Source: Pseudomonadota bacterium (GTDB lineage: Bacteria > CALINM01). From it: a stretch of DNA of 64,000 bases. Made by a program: the position numbers and the translations under genes. Position 1 is the stretch's first letter. The number at the start of each line of letters is the position of its first letter. Of the stretch, positions 30,207 through 39,756 are shown piece by piece. The stretch is from the NCBI GenBank assembly GCA_026418415.1, contig JAOABK010000008.1, positions 4,245 through 68,244 on the forward strand, written 5' to 3'. The notes beneath the pieces are model-generated. The model had not been told where the DNA came from. It saw nothing but the letters and a program-made list of their open reading frames with translations, and searched no databases.

Positions 30207-31339
30207 TTCCTATAAAACTCCTCAATTTTGGATACCACATAGTTAATCTGTTCATCTGTTAGTTCTGGATAGACAGGTAGAGCAAGAACCTCCTTAGCAC
30301 ACTTTTCTGCTACAGGAAAATCACCCTCTCTATATCCAAGATAGGTGAAGCACTTTTGCATATGAAAACAAAGGGGATAATAAATCTCACAGCCAATTTT
30401 GTTCTCAGTTAGGAAATTTTTTAGATTATCTCTATCCTTTACCTTAACAACAAACTGATTGAATATGTGATAGTTCTTTACACCAGATTCTTTATAAACC
30501 TTCTTTGGTGGAGTGACAAACTCATCAAGCCCCTTATTCTTTATCAGAGTTTCATATTTTTCAGCATTCTTTTGTCTCATTGAGTGCCATTCATCTAAAT
30601 ATTTGAGCTTAATTTTAAGGACTGCAGCTTGCAGGTTATCGAGCCTGAAATTACCACCTACATAATCGTGGTAGTATTTTACCTTTCCTCCGTGATTTCT
30701 TAAAATTCTTACTTTTTCAGCCCTTTCAACGTCCTTAGATACCACAAGCCCACCGTCACCAAAGCAACCTAAATTTTTGCTCGGAAAGAAGGAATAACAA
30801 CCATATTCACCAAATGTTCCTGCTTGCCTACCATCTTTATATTGAGCACCAATTGACTGAGCAGAATCTTCAATTATAAAAAAACCATATTTATTCTGTA
30901 ATGCCAATAAAGCATCCATATCACAAACCTGTCCATAGAGATGAACTGGAATGACTGCCTTTATTTTTTCTCTCTTCAAAATATCTTCTAACTTATTACA
31001 ATCAATATTAAAAGTATCTTCGTTTATGTCACAAAAAACCGGTGTTGCACCTGCTCTCGCAATACACCCAGCTGTTGCAAAAAAACTAAATGTTGTAGTT
31101 ACAACCTTATCTCCATGACCAATACCCAACGCCATCAAAGAAACAAGTATTGCATCAGTCCCAGATGAAACACCAACTGCATCTGGAACACCAATATAAT
31201 CAGCAACTGCCTTCTCAAAGTCTTGCGTTTCTTTACCTAAAATAAACCTTTGTTCTTCCATAATTTTTAAAACAACTGGCTCGATTTCGTCCTTTAACTT
31301 CTTATACTGAGCTTTTAAATCAAGTAACGGTACTTCCAT
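30203..31339 (-). CDS. DegT/DnrJ/EryC1/StrS family PLP-dependent sugar aminotransferase
   Basis: VPLLDLKAQY start, SGTDAL-like SGTDAI, and the PLP-lysine context SFFPSKNLG. 378 aa. Confidence 0.88.
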   Translation of the reverse strand: MEVPLLDLKAQYKKLKDEIEPVVLKIMEEQRFILGKETQDFEKAVADYIGVPDAVGVSSGTDAILVSLMALGIGHGDKVVTTTFSFFATAGCIARAGATPVFCDINEDTFNIDCNKLEDILKREKIKAVIPVHLYGQVCDMDALLALQNKYGFFIIEDSAQSIGAQYKDGRQAGTFGEYGCYSFFPSKNLGCFGDGGLVVSKDVERAEKVRILRNHGGKVKYYHDYVGGNFRLDNLQAAVLKIKLKYLDEWHSMRQKNAEKYETLIKNKGLDEFVTPPKKVYKESGVKNYHIFNQFVVKVKDRDNLKNFLTENKIGCEIYYPLCFHMQKCFTYLGYREGDFPVAEKCAKEVLALPVYPELTDEQINYVVSKIEEFYRK

Positions 31340-31415
31340 GCTATTCTCCTTAACTTTTTTGAAGATATATTATACAATTTTATTAAGATAAACTTAAGCA
31401 AATAAAGGAGGAATT

Positions 31416-31586
31416 ATGAAAAGAATTTGTGATGTTTGTGGATACAAATTTACTGAGGATGAGGCAGATTTCAAATATTTTAGTGACGAAGGCAAGGAAC
31501 TCAAAGTCTGTGCTAAATGTTATGCTACCCTAAAAAAGAAGGATTATAAGAGTGGAGAAAATAGAGAAGACGGAAGCAGTATGTGA
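31416..31586 (+). CDS. Unannotated 56-aa zinc-ribbon mini-protein (CxxC-N22-CxxC)
   Basis: Below the ORF-track length cut-off. ATG at 31416 is preceded by AAAGGAGG (31404-31411). Translation: MKRICDVCGYKFTEDEADFKYFSDEGKELKVCAKCYATLKKKDYKSGENREDGSSM. The stop at 31584-31586 abuts the convergent hemerythrin stop. Confidence 0.5.
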   Translation: MKRICDVCGYKFTEDEADFKYFSDEGKELKVCAKCYATLKKKDYKSGENREDGSSM

Positions 31587-32003
31587 TTATTCTTTAAAAT
31601 TACTCTGTTTTCTCAAAAATTTAGCTAACTCACCATCAACATTTCTTATATGATTTGAAAGCCAGTTTACAATTGTGCTTGAAACAGTTACTGTAAAACT
31701 CAAGCTTGGACCATTTTTATAAAACTCATTTTTCAAATCATCTACTTTTCTCATAAAGATTTCATGTTGGATTTTATGAAAATTATATTCAGTGTAATTA
31801 TAATCTTGCATATATTTTTCTTCAGTTGCAAAATGGGTTTTTACATATTTTTCAAGAAAATCAATTACATTGCTAACAAACTCAGTACCCTTTCCTTGTC
31901 TACAAGCATCAAGAAGCTCATTTGTTATTCTAAATAACTCTTTGTGCTGAAGATCAATAGATACTATATTAGTTTTTAGATCATCACTAAACATGATACC
32001 CAT
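31587..32003 (-). CDS. Bacteriohemerythrin (hemerythrin-like di-iron protein)
   Basis: Iron-ligand pattern IDLQHKELF, HFATEEKYM, HKIQHEIF, NHIRNVD. 138 aa. AAAGGAG RBS. Confidence 0.85.
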   Translation of the reverse strand: MGIMFSDDLKTNIVSIDLQHKELFRITNELLDACRQGKGTEFVSNVIDFLEKYVKTHFATEEKYMQDYNYTEYNFHKIQHEIFMRKVDDLKNEFYKNGPSLSFTVTVSSTIVNWLSNHIRNVDGELAKFLRKQSNFKE

Positions 32004-32023
32004 ATATCCTACTCCTTTATCAG

Positions 32024-32050
32024 ATTTTAGGGGGCTAAGCCCCCTAAAAT
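32024..32050 (-). terminator. 12-bp GC-cored hairpin between the cytochrome and hemerythrin genes (intercistronic attenuator or stabiliser, not a classic terminator)
   Basis: ATTTTAGGGGGC-TAA-GCCCCCTAAAAT is a perfect 12-bp stem with a 3-nt loop. No clean U-tract follows on the minus-strand transcript. Confidence 0.4.
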
Positions 32051-32051
32051 T

Positions 32052-33431
32052 TTATTTTAAAGCTACATTCATAGTCTTGCTTGTCATCAAAATCGTTGGT
32101 ATTTTAGGTGCATTAGGACCAAGTAACATATTAGCAACAGCTTGTGGATAGGAACGATAGTTAAGTTTTACATCAACCTTAAGGTTCTTAGAGTCCTTAG
32201 GAGTAAGTATTGTATATTTTACTGTCTTTGAACCCTTAGGCGGAATGGTATTGTTGTATTCAAAACGTGCTATTTCCCAAGGCTTGACGGTGTGATATCC
32301 ATGTTCATCAACCGCATAGGCATTAAACATCTCTGCAGAAGGGTCAACATTACCATCTTTATCTAATCCACCCGATTTATAAACAACCTTACCTTTATCA
32401 TCTGTAACTGTTATCTCTAACCACATTTCTCTGACCTCTGTAAGGCTTGTTGGCAGATTATGACCCGCTGTTTCATTTTTTACCTTAACAGTTATCTCAG
32501 ATAGATCACCCTTCTTACCACCTGTAAACTTAACATCCAAGCTTGCTGCATTCTGTAATCTTTTAATTGCTATTTCTGAATGTTTATCGGAACCCATTAG
32601 TTTTGGTATAACCGCATTTCCACCAACAAACTCATGGGTATACATATAGTCCCTCATTGGACCTACATTGCTTGGTCTGCCAGGTAACTTATCTGGTTTT
32701 TTGAGTGTTTTTGCAGTCTGAATTGCTACTTCTACAGGCACCATATGACAATCTTGACATTGTATGCCCTTCTGTGCATAAACAGAAAACTTCCATTCCG
32801 TATAAGTATTCTCAATATGGAAATTACTTACAGGATGAAATACATTATGACAGCTACCACAGAACTCGGATTTTGTATGCAACTCAGAATACTCAGATTT
32901 GTGATATGTGGACTTTGAATCCTTATATGGCCCTCTTTTAACATCACCAGGCTCAACTACAAAAGAAGCATTTTGGGGAAGTCCAGTAGGCGAAATTTTC
33001 ATTCTCGTTTCAACTATAGTATGGCACAAATCACAGCTAACTCCTTCCATTGCTACTTCACTGGCAAGAAACTTACCATCTTCTTTCCTTACTTCCTGTG
33101 CTACCGTACCAATTGCAGTGTGACATCCACCACAAAGATTCCTCATTTCAGGTCCAGCTTCCTTTTCAGCTAAATTCCAAAGTGCTTGAAACACTGGATC
33201 TTTAAAAGCATTTGAATGCATTGACCCCTTCCATTGATTATAAATATCTGGATGACAGCCCATACAAACAGAAGGAGACTCGAAATGTGATGAATTAACT
33301 GGCTGGCCTGATTTAGTAGTAAGTAGAGAGGGGAAGAATGGGAATACTTCCTTAATTTTCACATCATCTGCTGATAAAGCCAAACTACTAAAGAAAAACA
33401 AAAAAAACAGTGAATAAATTATACGTTTCAT
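32052..33431 (-). CDS. Secreted multiheme (5x CxxCH) c-type cytochrome with a C-terminal beta-rich domain
   Basis: Signal peptide MKRIIYSLFFLFFFSSLALSA. Heme motifs CMGCH, CGGCH, CDLCH, CGSCH, CQDCH. GGAGGAG RBS. Confidence 0.85.
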   Translation of the reverse strand: MKRIIYSLFFLFFFSSLALSADDVKIKEVFPFFPSLLTTKSGQPVNSSHFESPSVCMGCHPDIYNQWKGSMHSNAFKDPVFQALWNLAEKEAGPEMRNLCGGCHTAIGTVAQEVRKEDGKFLASEVAMEGVSCDLCHTIVETRMKISPTGLPQNASFVVEPGDVKRGPYKDSKSTYHKSEYSELHTKSEFCGSCHNVFHPVSNFHIENTYTEWKFSVYAQKGIQCQDCHMVPVEVAIQTAKTLKKPDKLPGRPSNVGPMRDYMYTHEFVGGNAVIPKLMGSDKHSEIAIKRLQNAASLDVKFTGGKKGDLSEITVKVKNETAGHNLPTSLTEVREMWLEITVTDDKGKVVYKSGGLDKDGNVDPSAEMFNAYAVDEHGYHTVKPWEIARFEYNNTIPPKGSKTVKYTILTPKDSKNLKVDVKLNYRSYPQAVANMLLGPNAPKIPTILMTSKTMNVALK

Positions 33432-33491
33432 ACTCTCCTCCTTATTAATAATAAATCATAAATTTTAAAACTTTCAAGCATTATTAAAATT

Positions 33492-33503
33492 TTCCAATTG
33501 GAA
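33492..33503. promoter_or_regulatory. Perfect 12-bp palindrome TTCCAATTGGAA in the cytochrome leader (candidate operator)
   Basis: Lies about 15-26 nt downstream of the putative -10 of the cytochrome promoter and 61 nt upstream of the ATG at 33431. Confidence 0.25.
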
Positions 33504-33517
33504 TATTTTTTGTCTTA

Positions 33518-33546
33518 TTTTTATCATGAAAAATTGTAGTTGTCAA
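33518..33546 (-). promoter_or_regulatory. Putative sigma-70 promoter of the cytochrome-hemerythrin unit
   Basis: Minus strand: TTGACA (33546-33541), a 17-nt spacer, then TAAAAA (33523-33518). Confidence 0.3.
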
Positions 33547-33571
33547 GTACCAAATTTTTTTTGATTTTTTA

Positions 33572-34366
33572 TTATTTAAATTCTTTGAGTTTGTTGGAAA
33601 TGAACTCTATGACCCTTTTATGCTCTATGTCTCCCTTTGATTCAATAGAGATTGGCTCTCCAAAGGAAAAGTATACTCTTTTTTTATTATCAATAGGTCC
33701 AAAGTCTTTTATCAATTTACCATTTTGCCAAGCATCTGTTTTTAAAGCAAAGGGTATTACAGGGACATCCGCTCTTTTTGCTAATTTTATTCCAATTGTA
33801 TTGAACTCTGACTCGTTGAACTCTATTTTTCTTGTAGTTTGGGGAAATACTATTATAGACCTCCCTTCAGATAGCATCTTGCAACCATCATCTAACACTT
33901 TTTTTAAATCCTCTCTTGGATTAACTCTTGTAACTGTTATTGGCTTTACTGCTCTCATAATATGACCAAAAACTGGATACTCCACCAGACTTTTCTTTAC
34001 AACAAAAGAAATAGGAGTAAAAGGGATTAATATCAACGGTAATATAAAGGTCTCAAGGGTGCTCATATGGTTGCCTATAAAAACTACTTGGGATGGACAG
34101 TTCTTTACGTTTTCAATACCTTCAATTTGAAATTCCACCCCTACCTTTTCTAATAACCTGAATACTGCAAAACTTTCTTTATAAAATGTCTTTTCGTCAA
34201 ACTCGCCCTTTTTTGCAAGCCTGCTTGATCTTAAAATAATTCTTATCAGGGGAGGATAAAATCTAAGTGTAGGTAATTTATCTCTGAGAAAACCAGTGTT
34301 CTCTTTTTTAGAAATATACCTCCCCTCTTCGAATTTAATTAACTGCTCAAAATCCTCTCTGATCAC
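33572..34366 (-). CDS. Lysophospholipid (1-acyl-sn-glycerol-3-phosphate) acyltransferase family protein
   Basis: Acyltransferase block I variant GNHMSTLE (H-x4-E), FPQTTR block III-like, 264 aa. GTG start overlaps the upstream gene by 20 nt. Confidence 0.75.
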   Translation of the reverse strand: MIREDFEQLIKFEEGRYISKKENTGFLRDKLPTLRFYPPLIRIILRSSRLAKKGEFDEKTFYKESFAVFRLLEKVGVEFQIEGIENVKNCPSQVVFIGNHMSTLETFILPLILIPFTPISFVVKKSLVEYPVFGHIMRAVKPITVTRVNPREDLKKVLDDGCKMLSEGRSIIVFPQTTRKIEFNESEFNTIGIKLAKRADVPVIPFALKTDAWQNGKLIKDFGPIDNKKRVYFSFGEPISIESKGDIEHKRVIEFISNKLKEFK

Positions 34367-35075
34367 TTATCTTCCCCCAGGGACAAACTTTTACACATAT
34401 ACCACAAATTGTTGCATTAACGCCCTCAATTTTTTTAAATTCTAATAACTTATTATAGCATTTATTAAGGTCAACTGCCTCATCTCTATCTTTGAAATAT
34501 CCCTTTTCTCCTACTTTAATTCCTCTAATTGCTTTTGCTGGACAAAATTTCATACACTCATTACAATTGCCACATCTATTCTCAATCTCTCTGTCAACAG
34601 ATAAAGGCATATCAGTTAATATAGTAGCCATCCTAAATCTTGGCCCAAACTCTGGATTAATTATAAGTAGACTTTTTCCCTGCCAGCCTACCCCGGAAAT
34701 TCTAGCTATTGTTTTATGGGATATTTCCCCTTTTAATTCCCTTTCATCAACTATCTTCGATGCTAATACTATATAAGCGTTAAACCCCTTTTCTTCTATC
34801 CACCCCTTAACCCTTTCAGCGGATAGATCTAACTTCTTATTTACTTCTCTGTAAAGGTCTGCATATTCAGGTGTAGGTCTATTGTTTATTTTATCTATTA
34901 TCCTGTCATTTAATTTAATTACTATAGAAACCGCATACTTAAATTTAGCAAATATTTTCTTATCTATAGGAGGGTTCTCATCAAGGTCATATTTAGATAA
35001 GTCTCCTATTCCAGTAAAATCAACCCCCAAAGAATGAATATAATTTTTTAATTCCTCTGTGAATCTTTGTGACAT
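34347..35075 (-). CDS. Short QueG-like (epoxyqueuosine reductase family) 4Fe-4S protein
   Basis: GVGWQGKSLLIINPEFGPRFRMATILTDMPL resembles the QueG core. Two ferredoxin-type cluster motifs are present, CGNCNECMKFCP and CGICVKVCP. At 242 aa it is shorter than canonical QueG. Confidence 0.6.
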   Translation of the reverse strand: MSQRFTEELKNYIHSLGVDFTGIGDLSKYDLDENPPIDKKIFAKFKYAVSIVIKLNDRIIDKINNRPTPEYADLYREVNKKLDLSAERVKGWIEEKGFNAYIVLASKIVDERELKGEISHKTIARISGVGWQGKSLLIINPEFGPRFRMATILTDMPLSVDREIENRCGNCNECMKFCPAKAIRGIKVGEKGYFKDRDEAVDLNKCYNKLLEFKKIEGVNATICGICVKVCPWGKISDQRGF

Positions 35076-35148
35076 AAAAATTAGAAATATTTTAAGCTTT
35101 TAAAACCAATTCATCAACAAAAACAATTAATTTTTTTTGAATAAATTT

Positions 35149-35189
35149 TAATCATTTTTTAGAATTTTAATGAAATATAATCATTTTTT
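35149..35189 (+). repeat. Two exact copies of TAATCATTTTTT, 29 bp apart, plus a degenerate third copy at 35211-35222
   Basis: Copies at 35149-35160 and 35178-35189. The third copy is TATCATATTTTT. They lie 30-75 bp upstream of the sigma-54-like -24 element of the porin-amt-glnK unit. Confidence 0.5.
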
Positions 35190-35221
35190 GTGCAATTTTG
35201 ATTATTTTTTTATCATATTTT

Positions 35222-35237
35222 TGGCATTTTTATTGTT
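35222..35237 (+). promoter_or_regulatory. Sigma-54-like promoter (imperfect -12) upstream of porin-amt-glnK
   Basis: TGGCAT-N5-TTGTT versus the consensus TGGCAC-N5-TTGCW. The -24 GG is present, but the -12 GC is GT. Confidence 0.3.
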
Positions 35238-35330
35238 AATGAACTACCAGACTGGTTTTCTAAAGGAAAGGAGGTGAGTAAAAAAGATTACTTTAGAAAA
35301 TCAGAAAAAAATAAATTAGGAGGATACTAA

Positions 35331-36479
35331 ATGAAGAGATTAAAAACATTATTAGCTTTTTGTTCTATTTTTGTTCTTGTTACTATTTCTTTTGCACAGG
35401 AAAAAGTTGATGTAGAAAATCTAAAGGAATCAATAAAACAAAGTGTTAAAAAAGACATACTCAATGATGTTAAGAATTATCTTGGATTAAGCTTATATGT
35501 TCAAGCAAGTTATACTTATAACTTTGAAAACTACCAGTCTCAATCAAATGATTTAAGGGTTTTTGATAATAAATCAAATAGTTTTCTTATTGACTTGGCC
35601 CAGATAATTTTTGCTAAAGATGCAGAAAAAGGTTCTGTTGGTTATAAAATAAAGGCTTCCATGGGACAAACAGCTAAGTATATCCATTCAGCTGGATTAG
35701 GAGCTGCGGGTGAACATTTTGATTTAACTGAAGCATACATTGATTATATTTTTGATAAAGGAAACGGTATAAAGCTACGTGCTGGTAAGTTTGCTACATT
35801 TATAGGTGCAGAAGTTATTGAAGCTATAGATAATCCAAACTTCTCCCGCTCTTTGTTATTCAATTATGCAATACCTTTCACTCATACAGGGCTTATGATT
35901 AGTTATCCACTAACCGACAAACTTAGCACCAGTCTTTACTTAGTAAATGGATGGGACAATACAGAAGACAATAATAAAAGCAAATCCTTTGGTTTAAGTT
36001 TTGGCTATACTCCATCGGAGATCTTTAGTTTAACAACAAACTTAATGTACGGACCTGAACAAAACAATAATAATTCAGATAACAGATTTTTAGTTGATCT
36101 TATTTCTACCATCAAACCTACAAAGAAGCTCTCTTTTATAATAAACGCTGACTATGGAAACGAAAAGGGAATTGATCCTAACGGTAAAGATGCGGATTGG
36201 AAAGGCATTGCAGGTATTGTAAAGTACGATTTTAATGACACCTTCGGATTAGCACTTAGAGGAGAATATTTCAAAGACACAGATGGTGTTAGAACCGGTA
36301 TTTCTCAAGAAGTTAAGGAGATTACTGTGACTCCAGAATTAAGACTCTCTTCAGGTTTAATAATTCGCCCTGAATATAGACATGACTGGTCAACTAAAAA
36401 GGCATTCAACTATGTAAAAGGCATTCCAACAGGAAAATCACAAGATACAGTAGCAATAAGCTTTATGTATAGATGGTAA
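35331..36479 (+). CDS. Outer-membrane beta-barrel porin (OmpL/BBP2-like), first gene of the ammonium-uptake unit
   Basis: Signal peptide ...VTISFAQE, alternating amphipathic beta-strand pattern and a C-terminal ISFMYRW aromatic terminus. AGGAGG RBS. Followed 14 nt later by amt. Confidence 0.65.
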   Translation: MKRLKTLLAFCSIFVLVTISFAQEKVDVENLKESIKQSVKKDILNDVKNYLGLSLYVQASYTYNFENYQSQSNDLRVFDNKSNSFLIDLAQIIFAKDAEKGSVGYKIKASMGQTAKYIHSAGLGAAGEHFDLTEAYIDYIFDKGNGIKLRAGKFATFIGAEVIEAIDNPNFSRSLLFNYAIPFTHTGLMISYPLTDKLSTSLYLVNGWDNTEDNNKSKSFGLSFGYTPSEIFSLTTNLMYGPEQNNNNSDNRFLVDLISTIKPTKKLSFIINADYGNEKGIDPNGKDADWKGIAGIVKYDFNDTFGLALRGEYFKDTDGVRTGISQEVKEITVTPELRLSSGLIIRPEYRHDWSTKKAFNYVKGIPTGKSQDTVAISFMYRW

Positions 36480-36493
36480 TTAAGGAGGATTTT

Positions 36494-38213
<1,720 letters not shown>

Positions 38214-38251
38214 TTTCGAGCCCCTCCTATTTTGATATAACTTCAACAATT

Positions 38252-38281
38252 GGGGATGTTTTTTACATCCCCATTTTTTTG
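38252..38281 (+). terminator. Rho-independent terminator after glnK
   Basis: GGGGATGT-TTTTT-ACATCCCC (8-bp stem) followed by ATTTTTTT. Confidence 0.7.
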
Positions 38282-38340
38282 ATTACTTTTTAATCAAATT
38301 TAAAAAATAAAATCAATTTTGTTTATAAAATTTACAAATT

Positions 38341-38355
38341 TGTATAATTTATATA
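38341..38355. promoter_or_regulatory. Perfect palindrome TGTATAA-T-TTATACA immediately upstream of the sigma-54 -24 element
   Basis: 7-bp arms around one central base. It ends 8 nt before the TGGCAC at 38364. Confidence 0.3.
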
Positions 38356-38363
38356 CATTATTT

Positions 38364-38379
38364 TGGCACATGAATTGCA
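38364..38379 (+). promoter_or_regulatory. Sigma-54 (RpoN) promoter of the second amt gene
   Basis: TGGCAC-ATGAA-TTGCA is an exact match to the -24/-12 consensus TGGCAC-N5-TTGCW. It lies 35 nt upstream of the amt ATG at 38414. Confidence 0.7.
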
Positions 38380-38413
38380 TTATATTAGTGACAACAAAAA
38401 AGGAGGCCTATAT

Positions 38414-39715
38414 ATGAGAAAAATATTTTTAATCCTCTTCTCTCTTTTTCCTATATTGTCCCATGCAGAGGAAGCACAAAATAGTGTCCCAAAAATTGAT
38501 TCTGGAGATACTTCCTGGTTATTGATTTCCACTGCTCTTGTTATGTTAATGACCCCAGCATTAGGACTTTTTTACGGTGGTATGGTAAGGAAAAAAAATG
38601 TTCTTGCTACTATTGTACAAAGCTTGATTACCATAGGCATTGTAACTGTTTTATGGATTATTTATGGTTATAGTTTAGCCTTTGGACCAGATTTAAATCA
38701 TATAATTGGTGACCTATCATGGTTTGGACTAAAGGGTGTTTCTTTTGAACCAAATCCCGATTACGGTGCTACTGTACCACATGTACTATTTATGATTTAT
38801 CAATTAATGTTTGCTATTATTACTCCTGCACTGATAACAGGAGCTTTCGCAGAAAGATTTAAATTTAAAACCTATCTGGTTTTTATAGTTCTCTGGCATA
38901 CTTTTGTTTATTTACCCCTTGCTCACTGGGTTTGGGGAGTAGGTGGATGGATTAGAAATTTAGGTGCCTTAGACTTTGCTGGTGGGCTTGTTGTACATAT
39001 TAGCTCAGGAGCAAGTGCATTGATTGCAGCTATTATTTGTGGTAAGAGGAAGGGTTTTCTTACAGAACCAATGCCCCCTCATAACCTGACTATGACAATA
39101 ATTGGGGGCGCAATTTTATGGTTTGGATGGTTTGGTTTTAATGGTGGAAGCGCAATAGGTTCAAACAGCCTTGCGGTTAATGCATTCATAACAACTCATA
39201 TTGCAGCTTCATCTGCAAGTCTATCCTGGATGATTGTAGAATGGTTACATAACAAAAAACCCACAGGATTAGGGATAATTTCTGGTGTTGTAGCAGGACT
39301 TGTTGCAATCACTCCTGCTGCTGGTTTTGTAACCCCAATATCTGCTTTGTTCATCGGTTTAGTCGCGGGAGTATTATGTTTTTTTGCAGTTTTAATGAAA
39401 ACAAAATTAGGCTACGACGACTCACTTGATGCAGTTGGTGTACATGGTATTGGTGGTACTTGGGGCGCTATTGCAACAGGCCTGTTTGCAACAAAATCAG
39501 TAAACCCAGCTGGTGCAGATGGATTATTATATGGAAATGCATCTCTATTGTTTACACAGATACTAACTGTAATAGTCGGCTGGATCTATCCAATTGTTGT
39601 AACTTATATTATACTCAAGATTCTTGATAAATTAATGGGCCTAAGGGTATCTAAGGACGAAGAAATTGAAGGACTTGATTTAAGCCAGCACGGCGAGAGC
39701 GGATATACCTTCTAA
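38414..39715 (+). CDS. amt: Ammonium transporter (Amt family), copy 2
   Basis: Signal peptide MRKIFLILFSLFPILSHA. DFAGGLVVHISSG and VHGIGGTWG signatures, and an LRVSKDEEIEGLDLSQHG tail. AGGAGG RBS at 38401-38406. The track start at 38363 is a TTG inside the promoter. Confidence 0.93.
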   Translation: MRKIFLILFSLFPILSHAEEAQNSVPKIDSGDTSWLLISTALVMLMTPALGLFYGGMVRKKNVLATIVQSLITIGIVTVLWIIYGYSLAFGPDLNHIIGDLSWFGLKGVSFEPNPDYGATVPHVLFMIYQLMFAIITPALITGAFAERFKFKTYLVFIVLWHTFVYLPLAHWVWGVGGWIRNLGALDFAGGLVVHISSGASALIAAIICGKRKGFLTEPMPPHNLTMTIIGGAILWFGWFGFNGGSAIGSNSLAVNAFITTHIAASSASLSWMIVEWLHNKKPTGLGIISGVVAGLVAITPAAGFVTPISALFIGLVAGVLCFFAVLMKTKLGYDDSLDAVGVHGIGGTWGAIATGLFATKSVNPAGADGLLYGNASLLFTQILTVIVGWIYPIVVTYIILKILDKLMGLRVSKDEEIEGLDLSQHGESGYTF

Positions 39716-39725
39716 AAAGCAAAGC

Positions 39726-39756
39726 ATACGAAGTGGAAGACTTTTCCACTTCGTAT
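39726..39756. terminator. Bidirectional terminator hairpin between convergent amt and cytochrome genes
   Basis: ATACGAAGTGGAA-GACTT-TTCCACTTCGTAT is a perfect 13-bp stem. T-rich (TTTATTTTTT) on the plus side, and it abuts the cytochrome stop at 39757. Confidence 0.6.

Noticed and set aside
33432-33571. A c-di-GMP/cGAMP (GEMM-type) riboswitch upstream of the multiheme cytochrome genes, as occurs in Geobacter. I also checked 40423-40494.
   Set aside because: Both leaders are almost pure A/T. They lack the GC-rich paired helices and conserved purine-rich junctions such riboswitches need. Only a short palindrome was found.
35170-35277. A 35-codon ORF (MKYNHFLCNFDYFFIIFLAFLLLMNYQTGFLKERR) in the porin upstream region.
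   Set aside because: It has no RBS, spans the repeat motifs and the sigma-54-like promoter itself, and has a composition dictated by T-runs. It is almost certainly non-coding.
38363-38413. N-terminal extensions proposed by the ORF track: 38363 for amt2, 37812 for glnK, 36473 for amt1, 21400 for htrA, 42962 for yjbQ, 62239 for the 88-aa ORF, 61607 for panB, 15788 for trkH and 21367 for the MBL gene.
   Set aside because: These extensions begin at TTG or weak codons without an RBS, run through promoters, terminators or the preceding gene, and add residues absent from the family. In the amt2, glnK, amt1, panB and 62269 cases an internal ATG with an AGGAGG-type RBS gives the canonical N-terminus. 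In the others I simply took the first in-frame ATG.
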